A stretch of 61,864 bases of DNA, filler included, from Hausera hauseri (Eukaryota), in the NCBI GenBank assembly GCA_046269625.1. It is 11 parts of 11 records of this genome, joined end to end, with 100 filler letters (N's around TTAATTAATTAA, not from the genome) between each part and the next. Parts side by side here need not be neighbours in the genome. Positions count along the whole stretch, not along the records: positions 23,456 to 30,794 come from JBJURY010021119.1; positions 30,895 to 35,691 come from JBJURY010433137.1; positions 35,792 to 41,768 come from JBJURY010159200.1; 8 more parts are not named here. One strand, 5' to 3'. Every line of letters begins with the position of its first letter. The stretch's first letter is position 1. The translations under genes were made by a program, and so were the position numbers. This document shows positions 27,601 to 38,284 of the stretch, piece by piece. A model generated the notes under the pieces. It did not search any database. It was not told the DNA's origin and saw nothing but the letters and a program-made list of their open reading frames with translations.

Positions 27601-29180
27601 GCTTTGAGCGTTGCATGCGAGACGAGCGTAGGTCTAGCGTATGCGCTAGGTATCAGCGATAAAGCTTCACCAGTGTCGATTAGAAAATCGAGTTGTTTTG
27701 AGATATCAGAGTGTAGTGGCTCCGCCTCGAGAGTGAAAATAGCATTGAAAATGCGTTCGCTATTTGTACACGGCAGTTGTGGTGATTGAGTTTCCAGTCG
27801 ACGTGCCTTTGGTCGTCTGGGCCTATTTAGTTTTTTGATGACTTGTGAAATTTGCAGCCGGCTCGACAGATTTTTGCATCTTGATAGAAATGATTGTGAT
27901 AAGTGCAAGTGTCTTGCATTTTTATATTTGCGGGTGGCTTGTCGAATTGACAACCATGGTAACATTTGTAGGCGGATTTGCCAAATCGTGTATGGAAATG
28001 GCAAATTTTGGAAAATTTGCCTTTCTTTCTCTTGGATGATTGGCGCCGAGATGCCGGTTTGTCTCTGGCTAGCGGATTCTTGTGCGTTACGAGTGCCTGC
28101 AGTGCGGCAATAATTGTGTCCAGCTAACTTTTCTGGGTCGCTGTGACGGAGTTGATGTTTTCCGTCAGTGCGGATTCTTCGGTGCCTTTAGTGCTCTCAT
28201 ATTTTGTCGGCTTTTGATGCCATATCGTACAATGTCGTGTCGGGCGGTAATAGCACAAGGGCCGCTTGAATTTGGTTTGGCAAACTACTCAGGAAGTAGC
28301 GCCGTAGTATGTGCTGGTTACTGTGGAGGTCCAACTCAGCATTGCTCAAGTCTGAGCGTAAATTTTGAAGCAGAGCAGAAGGTTTTATATTCCCTGTCTG
28401 TCGCTTGGTAAAAACCAGATTGAATTGGTCTTGTTGGGATGGCAGATATGCTTTGTATATGGCTGCTTTGATTTTGTCAAACGGCTTTTCATCCGACAGT
28501 AACGTGTCCAGATCCGTTATTGCTGCAAACGTTGTTGGCTGTAGGTATTGTATTAATTTTAAGGCCTTGTTTAGTTGGCACGTGATGTTGTATTGAATAG
28601 CCCATGTTTCGAACACGAACCACTTCAATGGAGTTCTGTCCGAACCTATGAAGAAGGTGGAACACGCTAATTTGGGAGGTTTGGCCTGTGCTGATGATGC
28701 AGTTTCGGCTTTTTTGTCGGGTGTAATCGTGTCATTTTCTCATTTCATTTTAGGTGTTGCGAGCAGTGTCTCATTGTGTGTTTGGAAATAGTCCGAAATG
28801 GGATTATTCCATGGCCTCAAGATGTTTGCATTATGTGAGAAATAGTGGTCCGGATAGGAGCTCGCGAGTTGTTGTGGCATCGCCTTCACTGACATAGTAG
28901 ACGAGAAACGATATGCTGTCGTGTTGTGTAGGCCACGCACAAGAAGCTGGATTTCTCGCGGTGTCGTCGTTTTACCGGATTTGTGCGTCGAGTTAGTGTT
29001 ATCATTGTGCGTGTTAGTGCTAGTATAGTTTAGCACTTGTTCAGAATCGCTCATTGTGATTTTCTTGTTGGCGGTCTATGGTTAGCGGGTATTTTGTCAT
29101 CACGTTTAGTGATGTGGGTATTTGCGGTCGGATTGTTTTCGACGGCATTAATGAGTGTATTTACCGGATTAATTTCCATG
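24620..29180 (-). mobile_element. Ty3/gypsy LTR retrotransposon copy B (decayed) with UBL-Gag
   Basis: Gag (NIKPSALLQNL..LRRYFLSSLP), two CxxH..C..C knuckles, protease FLIDTGEALS, RT YRPCGDYR..YIDDIL, RNase H, integrase HMDIVGPLP. Confidence 0.95.
28737..28952 (-). other. Ubiquitin-like domain in frame with Gag (copy B)
   Basis: IQLLVRGLHNTTAYRFSSTMSVKAM..DHYFSHNANILRPWNNPISDYFQTHNETLLATPKMK*E. The single TGA at 28740-28742 is followed in frame by Gag (ORF 28197-28628). Confidence 0.65.
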
Positions 29181-29309
29181 GTGTTTCTGTAAGTTTGAGC
29201 CGGATTACTATCAGCGGTTGTTTTTCAAAATGCCCGGACCAGTATGTACGGTTCTGTGCGAAAGGGACGTGTGTGCGGTATTCGCTGCCATCATTTTAGA
29301 GTAATTAGA

Positions 29310-30190
29310 TCATATAAAACGGTCGAATAAAATCATAGGATACAACGCAAAACAAAAAATAAAGAACAAGTAAGATTTAAAACATTTATTTTGTTCCACC
29401 ATTGGTTCGTCAGCCGAGGCGCATGATGCGTCCGTCGACGATAGTGCCGGATCAGTTTGGAGATTTCGACGTGTGCAAGTCGGAGCGTTGTCCGAGCTTG
29501 AATCCAACGGCGCGGGTTTCCTTCGTGCCTCGTCAGAACGGCGCCTGAGACGCAGGTTCGGTAAGTCGTCTGGGCTCGACATCTTAACCTGCCGTTGTTC
29601 GGAGTGTCGGTGTACCGGGATCAGCTGGCTCTCCAAAAGAGCTAATGATTCGTAGAGGCGGTCGGTTGCCATCATCAATCTCAAAAAGACCGGAAGGAAA
29701 ACCGGCGAGTCAAAGAGACGTCGATTCTCCCCATCCTCGTAGAACCGATGGAATGTTCCCACGAGTAAACAGTACGGGTCATCTCGCCCCAACTTTACTA
29801 GGTATCGTATGAAGCGGCTCCATTGCAATAGCTCCCGTATCGTCAGAAAGTCCGAGTAGGACCGATACGGCCTTGATTGTCGTTGTTGCGGCGTCGTTTT
29901 CTGCGGGAGGCGGCGTCTCGCCGGGTCGGGCATGGCTGCTCTGGCTCAAGAGTTGAGATTGGACTGTTATCCGGGTCTTGTGTTCTCGCCAGTTTTGGTT
30001 GGGATTCTTTTGGGATCCGGTGTTCTGATGTCAAATTAATAACTTTGTTGACTTCCGGTTTCGAAGTGATTGCCACACCTGGTTTCCGGGTGATAGGTTC
30101 ACCGATTTTCGGTTTGACGTGAGGCGGCACAGACATAAATGACTTCTCCGTCGTGCGACCCTTTCCAACTGTATTCGACGTTTCCGACAT
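29310..30190 (-). CDS. Orphan Pro/Arg-rich gene (two overlapping ORFs, probably one frameshifted gene)
   Basis: ORFs 29843-30190 and 29310-29933 form a GC-richer island with an ATG after an AT-rich promoter-like region and AATAAA near 29385. No family recognised. Confidence 0.35.
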
Positions 30191-30894
30191 TAATGTAGAG
30201 ATTTTTTTTAATAATTTTCATCTTTTTTAAACTGTTGATTCAAACAAATAGATTTGAATCTACATTTTTTGATTGTTAGTTTTTTATTTATTACAAGTGC
30301 AGGTTACTTTGGCACTTGTGATTCCAATTTTTAATTTTTCTATTTTGTATTTTTGTATGTTAGAAAATTTGATTTTGGTCTATTTTATTTGACCGAATCC
30401 GTGAAAATAAATTGTGATTTTAAATTTTATGTTATTGTAAGGTGAAACCTTACAACTGTTTTGGTTTTCAATCGTTAAATTGGACNNNNNNNNNNTCTGT
30501 TTGTGCATTTTATTAATATGAACTAAATTCTTTTAAAACTTCACACTCGCACTTCTATTTATACTTATTTTTAACCAATCAGAATGACATATATAAACAA
30601 ATTAGTATAAATACACAGTTGAAAAGAAATCATTTATGCAAAATGGAATACAAACCATACTGTCTTCGAATTGACACTGACAACAATAGTAAAGTCGTAA
30701 TTATTAACCAAAATGACACATAACAATTTAATTATATAGCTGATGCCACAGAAAATTTGAAGAAATAGCTGATGATTCAGAACAATTTAATGAANNNNNN
30801 NNNNNNNNNNNNNNNNNNNNNNNNNNNNNNNNNNNNNNTTAATTAATTAANNNNNNNNNNNNNNNNNNNNNNNNNNNNNNNNNNNNNNNNNNNN

Positions 30895-31524
30895 GCAATG
30901 ATGATGAAATTATTCAAGTTAGTGACGCAAATTTAGTTAGTGACACAATTGTGCAGCTGGATGGGGAAAGTTATCAGGTTATTACCGATGATAGTGGCCA
31001 AACGTATTTGGCTCCCGTTAGTCAGACAAATGTTTCATCGAATATTGCCGTTTCTCAAAACCTTGATAGCAATGGAATAACATATCGTTGTCCATCTTGT
31101 CCGCAGTCGTATCAAAACGCTAATGCGTTCACGAAACATATGCGTGAAAAGCATTTCGTCAATGTCTACACTTGTCGTCAGTGTGAGCCATTCCATGAAA
31201 CACTGGGTCAATTATTTTTACATGCACGACGAACTCATGTCGATCCAAAAAAACCGAAAAAGAATCCGGGAAATTTCAAATTCTATTGTCCTGGTTGTAA
31301 TTATATGACGAATAATGGCGGAACAATGGAACATCACAGGCAGGCCCATACGGATGTGAAACCGTTTTCTTGTGATATCTGTGGAAAACATTTTGCTCAG
31401 AAAGCCAACATGAAAACTCAAAAATCGTCACATTCATAAAGATCGAATTTCCCGTTGTGAAACGTGTGGGAAAGCGTTTAATTCGTACGATATTTATTTT
31501 ACACATTTGCGAACGAGAGAACAT
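30895..31524 (+). pseudogene. Multi-C2H2 zinc-finger protein (frameshifted)
   Basis: CPSC..HMREKH, CRQC..HARRTH, CPGC..HRQAH-TDVKPFS-CDICGKHF, then after a 1-nt shift near 31437, CETCGKAFNSYDIYFTHLRTREH. Confidence 0.8.
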
Positions 31525-33944
31525 GAATTATGGGAAATATTTAGTTATGGCCAATCTTCAATGAATATTTCTATTGAGGAATCAATGAGAAGCCAAGAGA
31601 ATTCTAAAATTTCCCGTCTTCCGGCACCAGATATATGTTCAAATGTTATATTTGGTGTTATTCGATCATGTTGGGCAGATCAGCCGTCATCCATACCGTC
31701 GTTCAACGATATATCAAATCACTTAGAAGGACCGCAACCTGAAGAGCTTGTTGCGTTATGTGATGGACCGGATAACATTCCTTGTCATCGAACTGATGAT
31801 ACTAACGAACACAGTGATGGGTTTTATTCGCCTTTAGGCAAAATGCCGATATTGCGTTATAATAAAGATGACACTGTGATTATTTTAGATAGGCATATGA
31901 GTCAGTATAAAGACTTTTGGAGAGGATGTTTATTGAATAGCGACTCTGGATTGTTCAAATGGGAAAATATGCGTATATTTAGTAGAAATCAAAGCTCTAA
32001 TAATAGTCTTCAGGAAAAGTCAAAAACTTTAACAAATTGCTACGGTCCCTTCCATCTACAAACAATTCTAACCGAACGAAAAGTGTTGAAGATGCATTTT
32101 CAAAACTGCGCATAAGCAGACAAGAATCAGATCGTAAAGCAAAACCCAGTAGACTATCTGCGGATATGATAAGTCCCCCAATCGGTGATTTTCGGCATGT
32201 TGGTTATGTCGGTTGTAACGGTGAGGCGTTCGGTGATGTTACACCCTTATACACCATTATTGCTCAACAGAATATAAAATCCGGTGTTTTATCAATAAAT
32301 TCGAAATTAGATTCATCAACGTGCTTATCAGAAACTGGTAGTATCAGATCTTCGTCAACTTTGAATACAGCCGGTGATGATACCCCACCTTATGCAACAA
32401 TAGATAATGAACCATGGAAATCGCAATTGAATTCTTTAGAAAAATGCAACAAATTTTCGAAATCTGCTTATAAAGACGATAATTTGTTTATTTCACTACC
32501 ATTGCCACCGGTACGGAGTAATAGTTCAGATGATGATAAATGCATATCGAAATCACTTGATGATGTCATGTCAACTCAGTTTAATACTTGCAATAGTGAT
32601 TTTTCTTTGTTTGATGAACTTTTCCAAGCATGGGATTCTCAATCATTTAAATTGCATTCCTTTGATTCAGTTTCAGTGACAAAAGATTCGTTACCAATCT
32701 GTGAAAAACAGTCGAACATCGAAAAACGTTCAAAGCATTCAATCCTAGGCAATCCATACGCACACAATGAATATACACCAGCATCAAAGATATCATTAGA
32801 TTTTATAACTAGTTCTTTCAATAACAGTAATGCCTCCTTGTACGTCTCATCATCCTCTAGCGATACTCACGTTTCACAAGCATCGAACATTCGCAGTTCT
32901 ACATTTACATGTCAGTCTCCGACAACGGTTACAAAAATAACAAAACCGATTACGACTCCGACAAAATCCACCGGTTTTCTTAGTAAATTCAAATCGTTAG
33001 GCACAAATAAAACACCGAAAATTAAAGAAGACAAAAAATCCGAATCTCCAATCTATGCAAAAACCACTAAGTCGAACAAAACCAAGAAGCAAACTGATCA
33101 GTCAAATGCCAAGAAAAATAGTATCAGCAGTCCAGTCCTCATATCAGCTCCAATAATTACCGCAGAATCTGTTAATAATGAAGATTGCTTTCTCGATTGT
33201 TCCTCTGAAGATTCTAGTCTTCAACCGAGTCCTCGAGATTCATTAATATGCTTAACAACGGTGTCATATAATCCTTCCTTGTTGCAAAGTGACAACAGCA
33301 TGTATTACAGCAGACAGAACAGCAATATGACATGTGGTTCCAGAGACAAAAATAGTGATTCAGCAACAACTGTACCTCCTGCATTACCTTTTGCATCTTT
33401 GACGTCAGTTGCAAGTACAAATGTGCTTCAGGGTGGTGCTGCTTTGAGAGCTCTTAGAAAAGGTGATGGAGTGTTTAGAGCACCATCTACTGTCAATGTA
33501 ATGGGGCGTAAAAGGTCTTCGACTAGTGGCCAGAATGACCAAAATTTACTGCAAGGCACCTCGTCAAGGAATCGTTTGCCACTATTTCCAACAGCCTTCA
33601 GAGGCGTTTGATTGCAGTCGTCAACTGTGGATCGCAGATTATCTCAGCTAAGAGTAAATCACGGTAGTGAACAGTTAGAACCTGTTTTAGATACATTTAA
33701 TCGGCTTATGGCATTAGCTGACAAGACAATCGGCATTGAATCAAAAAAGCAAGTTAAATTGGAGTCATCGAGCGGTCTTGGTTGTGGCGTGGGAGTTTGG
33801 CGCAAAGACGAAACAATTTTGCGAGATGAAAAAAATCTCAGTGTTGTCGAAACACCAAAGGATGATGTGCAGCTCCATTCTCCAAAACTGGCAAATCTGA
33901 ACGAAACGTATTTGAAATACTTGTCCAATTATGGTGAATATTAG
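31525..33944 (+). pseudogene. TNK2: ACK-family non-receptor tyrosine kinase, C-terminal part (kinase end-SH3-CRIB-low complexity tail)
   Basis: LWEIFSYG..RLPAPDICS..SCWADQPSSIPSF (kinase subdomains IX-XI), SH3-like LRYNKDDTVIILD..FWRG..GLF, CRIB MISPPIGDFRHVGYVG..FGDV. This domain order is diagnostic of the ACK family. Frameshift near 32040 and in-frame TGA at 33609-33611. Confidence 0.78.
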
Positions 33945-34017
33945 AATAGTATTGCTGATCAGATAAGGCGTATTTCAAACGAATATTCTGCTGCAACACA
34001 CAAAGTAAGCTTACTGA

Positions 34018-35691
34018 TTGGACACCTTTTATAGCCTTACAGTCTCTACTTTATCCGCTCCAGATACTTATGTGCGACTGCCCAATAAAGCTGATGAACC
34101 CAGATTCATTAAACGCAGTAAAACAAGTAAGAATTCGGCCACCCTGCATTTGGGGCCCGTCGTACCGGGGTGGAAGTTACGACCGTCAACCCTGCGCCGG
34201 TAGGTCGGACGGCGCTTTTCGCGTCAGCTTTACATCACGCCCCCAGGCACACCACTTTTCCCCCTCTATTTTCTTTCTCAATAATACACATTTACACCCT
34301 CACTACATCACATCCACACATTCCCACCTTTCGGACCTCCATTTCCTCTTTACTTAACTCTTCCGAAATTTATCTCACCCATAACGGCCCTATCATACCT
34401 CTCACCGGAACCCTACCATCTTTCTCAAGCCACATTTGCCTCCACATGCATCTCCATAATCGTGATGGCATGAACTCTTCGCCAACCCTTGACACCACAA
34501 ATAAAACCACCATAAATCCAATACCTGTAATATTACTCCAAAAACCCACTCTTAACTCTGCTAGCAACCTCACAGCCACTACCTCTTCATCTCCTTTACC
34601 TAACTGCACCGAGTTTTTCTTTGCCAACCAAGGCTCTAGCAAAACTTGGTTGCTATTCCATCAGCTATAGCTACAGGCAAATAACGTCACTGACTCCCTA
34701 ACAGAGGCACATAACCTTTTTTTCTTTCTCCCTAATAACATCAAGAACCGCATTCACAACATCATCGAAATCTCTCAACTTCCAGACCCATATTCCCAAC
34801 TTTCTAACGCAGTCCTAAAGATCACGGAACCTTCCATGGACACGATCATCCAGCGTTTCTTCCACGACAACGTTATAGGCATCCAACGGCCATCAGAATT
34901 CTTACGTACATCCTTAGCGCATCTACATACTCTTGGATTCACTAAAGAGCACAACCCAGAACTACTGCGCCACTATTTCCTTAATGCGCTACCTATCCAA
35001 ATCCGGGCTTTACTTACCGTTGTGGGGGACTCCACGCCATTTGAGAAATTGGCCGAATTAGCCAATAGGACATACGATGTCCTACACGTAAATTCTTCAC
35101 CAGTAGTTTTAGCATCAGTTGCAGCTAGCGATAATATATCCATAGAACAACAACTTAATCAGCTACGTATTGAAAACATGCAACAATAAACAACATCAAC
35201 ATTAAATTAAACGAATTGTCTCTGTCCCGCTAAGGGGGTTTTGCCGCTGACCGCGCCCATTCTGTGTCTAGAAACCGCTCACCATCGCCTGTGCATTCGT
35301 CGATCTGCTATTACCACAGCAGATTTAATAATAAGGCTCAGAAGTGCTGCCTAGGGTGCAAATTTTATAACAAAAATTTTTCCTCAGAAACTGTTGTTTG
35401 CATTTACCATGCAAGGTTCAAAAACCAAGCTCGTAAATGTATTCCAGGCTGCACTTTCCAATCCAACACGAACAACGGACGTACTGCCTTTCCTTTTAAT
35501 AGTCGTCCTAATTTACCCTTTCAAAAAAACTAAGTTCGCCGCCAGAAGTCACGGCAACCTCTGGCAAAGGCACTATTTCACTTTCTGAACGCCGACACGT
35601 CTCTTTTGCTGTCCTTACTCTAAAGGCTGCAAACACTGCTCCTACAACGCAATCTGTTGACTTCCTCATTGATATAGGTGCAGCGATTTCT
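34018..35691 (+). mobile_element. Ty3/gypsy copy C, 5' part (UBL-Gag, frameshift site, protease start)
   Basis: CTEFFFANQGSSKTWLLFHQL, QRPSEFLRT..LLRHYFLNALP, two CxYH..C..C knuckles, AAAAAAC-TAA, then VDFLIDIGAAIS at the contig end. Confidence 0.9.
34260..34469 (+). other. Ubiquitin-like domain before Gag (copy C, degenerate)
   Basis: ..EIYLTHNGPIIPLTGTLPSFSSHICLHMHLHNRDG|M aligns with copy D NFYLTHNGFIL..HLCIHVNLRVRGG|M. Confidence 0.6.
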
Positions 35692-35957
35692 NNNNNNNNN
35701 NNNNNNNNNNNNNNNNNNNNNNNNNNNNNNNNNNNTTAATTAATTAANNNNNNNNNNNNNNNNNNNNNNNNNNNNNNNNNNNNNNNNNNNNTCGTTCAAC
35801 TTTAAGTCCATGTTTAATTGACTTAAAGCTTGTCAAGTTTCGCAACATTTTTACTCCATAGCTACTTCACATGGTAACTGTACCTGGATGTGGTCAACAA
35901 CACCGGATCATTCAAGGAAATATGTACGGTCGTTTTCAGATAATGCATATCATACTT

Positions 35958-36426
35958 TCATAAACGTCGCGTCGGTAAAAATGTCAGTGTTTGATATGTG
36001 GGCTTTAATTGTCGTTTTTGTATTCCATTAGTCATTCGCGCCTGTCGCTTTAATGTAGGCTCTACTAATTGTTTGACAGGTTCTATTCCTGGTTCAATAC
36101 AGTTGACATTAGAATTGTTGTCACCAAGCACTCGTAACAAATCGGAACTCTCGTGATCATCATCACCATTGAGTATTATCGCTCTATCTTCGTCTGACAT
36201 GCGTTTACCAGAAATAATTCTCCCTTACCGTTTTAATATCGGTTTTACGAATTCCTGGACAGATTTCGGTTCTAGACAATTGACATTGTCCTTCTTGTAA
36301 CCAAACAGCCATGACCAATCTGTACTTTCGTCATTGTCAGAAGTATTATTGAGCAGAATCGTTTTGTCGTCGTTTTCCATCGTATTAATGTCTGAAAGAA
36401 TATGAGAATGATATTTATAGTCCATT
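35958..36426 (-). pseudogene. Polinton cargo protein with an internal ~60-aa tandem repeat
   Basis: MENDDKTILLN..NVNCLEP..VKPILKR*GRIISG and MSDEDRAIILN..NVNCIEP..VEPTLKRQARMTNG are in the same frame, separated by one TAA (probably from CAA). Confidence 0.55.
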
Positions 36427-36439
36427 GGCCAGAGTATAT

Positions 36440-36904
36440 TACTTTGATTTAGTGAAACATTAATGTGGTGTTTAATTTGATTAACAGTCGTCTCATAGTT
36501 GATTGACGGAATTCCCAATACGACAATTTTTCCTCTGCTAAACAAATTGGCACAAAGCGGGCGGAATAGTGTTAGTCGCAGTGCAGGAAACAGTTCGGGC
36601 TCATAGATGCATTGGGTAACCATTAATAATTTGTGCAGATCAATTAATGGTGGTGGTGGTAGTGAGAAATCTAAGTCAGTCGTTACCGTTATTGATTGAA
36701 TTTGGTCAATGACAATTTCGAATGGTAGATGTCATTTGTGACTGGTTTGCGACAACCCATAATACAACACTTTCCCGATGGAAATATGATGCGTGTAATA
36801 TCTAGTGGACATTTGTGGACATACTGCCTTGGTTTCCATTAATTAAATGGCAATGCATTAATACATTCGGTAACATATCCGCTGTAGTTGATATTGGCTA
36901 TCAT
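36440..36904 (-). pseudogene. Divergent TATA-binding-protein (TBP)-like gene
   Basis: Repeat 1: MIANINYSG..RIIFPSGKCCIMGCRK. Repeat 2: IQSITVTTDLDF..IDLHKL..CIYEPELFPALRLTLFRPLCANLFSRGKIVVLG, against canonical TBP YEPELFPGLIYRM..LIFVSGKIVLTG. One stop and one frameshift. Confidence 0.8.
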
Positions 36905-36960
36905 GATTGATCGAAACAGTGCTTATGCGGCACCTATTTATATATGTGATTATAAACAAA
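36905..36960. promoter_or_regulatory. Putative bidirectional promoter between the TBP-like gene and the ATPase
   Basis: 56 bp between divergent ATGs. TATATAAATAG on the minus strand (about 36934-36944) and TATAAA on the plus strand (36951-36956). Confidence 0.45.
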
Positions 36961-37599
36961 ATGTATGAGAAATGCATCACCAACGACATGAAGCTGCAGA
37001 ATAGTGACATTTTCCAGATTGTGGGCCCAGGTGGAAGTGGCAAAACACACTTTCTTTGAAAATTGCTGCAGAACCACCATGACATATTCCAAGCGCCGCT
37101 GTTCAATCACATTTACTGGCATCAGGGCGGTAGTGATTATGGGGAGTCCAGTTTGACATATCAAGCATTTTGTAAACTGAAATCGATAACGGTAATTGAT
37201 TGGTTTGATGAAAACTGGTCTGTACAATTAAGCAACGCTGACGTTATTGTTAATGACAATTTATTTCCAGAAGCAACAAAACAAACTGAATTCAAAAACC
37301 TGTTTGCGAAGATTGTACGGCACCGTGGCGTGGCAATTATTTTCATTACGCAAAATATGTTCCATCAGGGTGGACAGCATCGAACAAGAAATTTAAATGT
37401 ACGCTATTTGATTTTGTTCAAAAATTTCCGTGATCAGACTAGCATTGATTATGCTGCACGACAAGCATTTTCCCACAATCGAGCCTACTTGATAGAAGCA
37501 TATTATGATGCTACGAACAAACCGCATGGATATCTGTTTATTGACTTTATACAACAGTGTCCCGATGACATGCGTATACGAAAATACATTTTCAATTAG
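36961..37599 (+). pseudogene. A32-like/FtsK-HerA genome packaging ATPase (Polinton)
   Basis: Walker A IVGPGGSGKT, decayed Walker B VIVNDNL, RHRGVAIIFITQNMF..NLNVRYLILFKNFRD..KPHGYLFIDF. One in-frame TGA at 37057-37059. Confidence 0.9.
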
Positions 37600-37796
37600 A
37601 GAGGTGTATGTGTATATAAACAAATTCGAAAATCGACGATGATGAAAATGAAGAATTTCCGAAAAACGATTGTTAAACCTAAACCTACCAAACGGATGTC
37701 CAGCAAGAAAAGTGTATCAAAACGAACCGCTACAGTCAAGCGATAAATTAATTCTGTGCTTCGAACAACAACAACTAGACGCAAATTACCGTCAAA

Positions 37797-38186
37797 GTGG
37801 CAACGGTTAAAAACAACTACGTCTCATCAGCTTCAGTACATCCAAAAATGCGATTCAAACTTAGACAGTTATACTTTATTGCTTTGCTTAAGGCACCTAT
37901 GACACATAAGCGAAACATGCTTCGATCATTCCCGAGGTTTGTAGTAGACGATTTGGTGGAAATTTTATATAATATTGTTGTGGGTCACGTTGATATTGGT
38001 AGTGGAAAGCGGAATTTACTAATGTATCAAAAACGACTCATTGGCCTCACCAACACTTGTAGTAAACGGCTCAAGCGAGAGGTCATGTACCAGCAAGATG
38101 GCGGATTCCTTGGTGCAATTCTATCGTTTCTCACGTCATTACTGGATGGTCTCACCGGTACTGAAGCAGCACAGTATAAACAATGA
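37797..38186 (+). CDS. Conserved Polinton small protein with a QxGG|F amphipathic C-terminus (putative core/membrane-active virion protein)
   Basis: LVEILYNIVVGHVDI..QQDGGFLGAILSFLTSLL; GG|F resembles an adenain-type maturation site. Confidence 0.65.
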   Translation: MATVKNNYVSSASVHPKMRFKLRQLYFIALLKAPMTHKRNMLRSFPRFVVDDLVEILYNIVVGHVDIGSGKRNLLMYQKRLIGLTNTCSKRLKREVMYQQDGGFLGAILSFLTSLLDGLTGTEAAQYKQ

Positions 38187-38284
38187 CGGTGATCATATGG
38201 TAATTTGCTATATAGGTGCATGGTTTTTATCTTTTTGTCTCATTTTACCGAATCTTTCATTTACATTTCGTTAAAATTGTTGTA

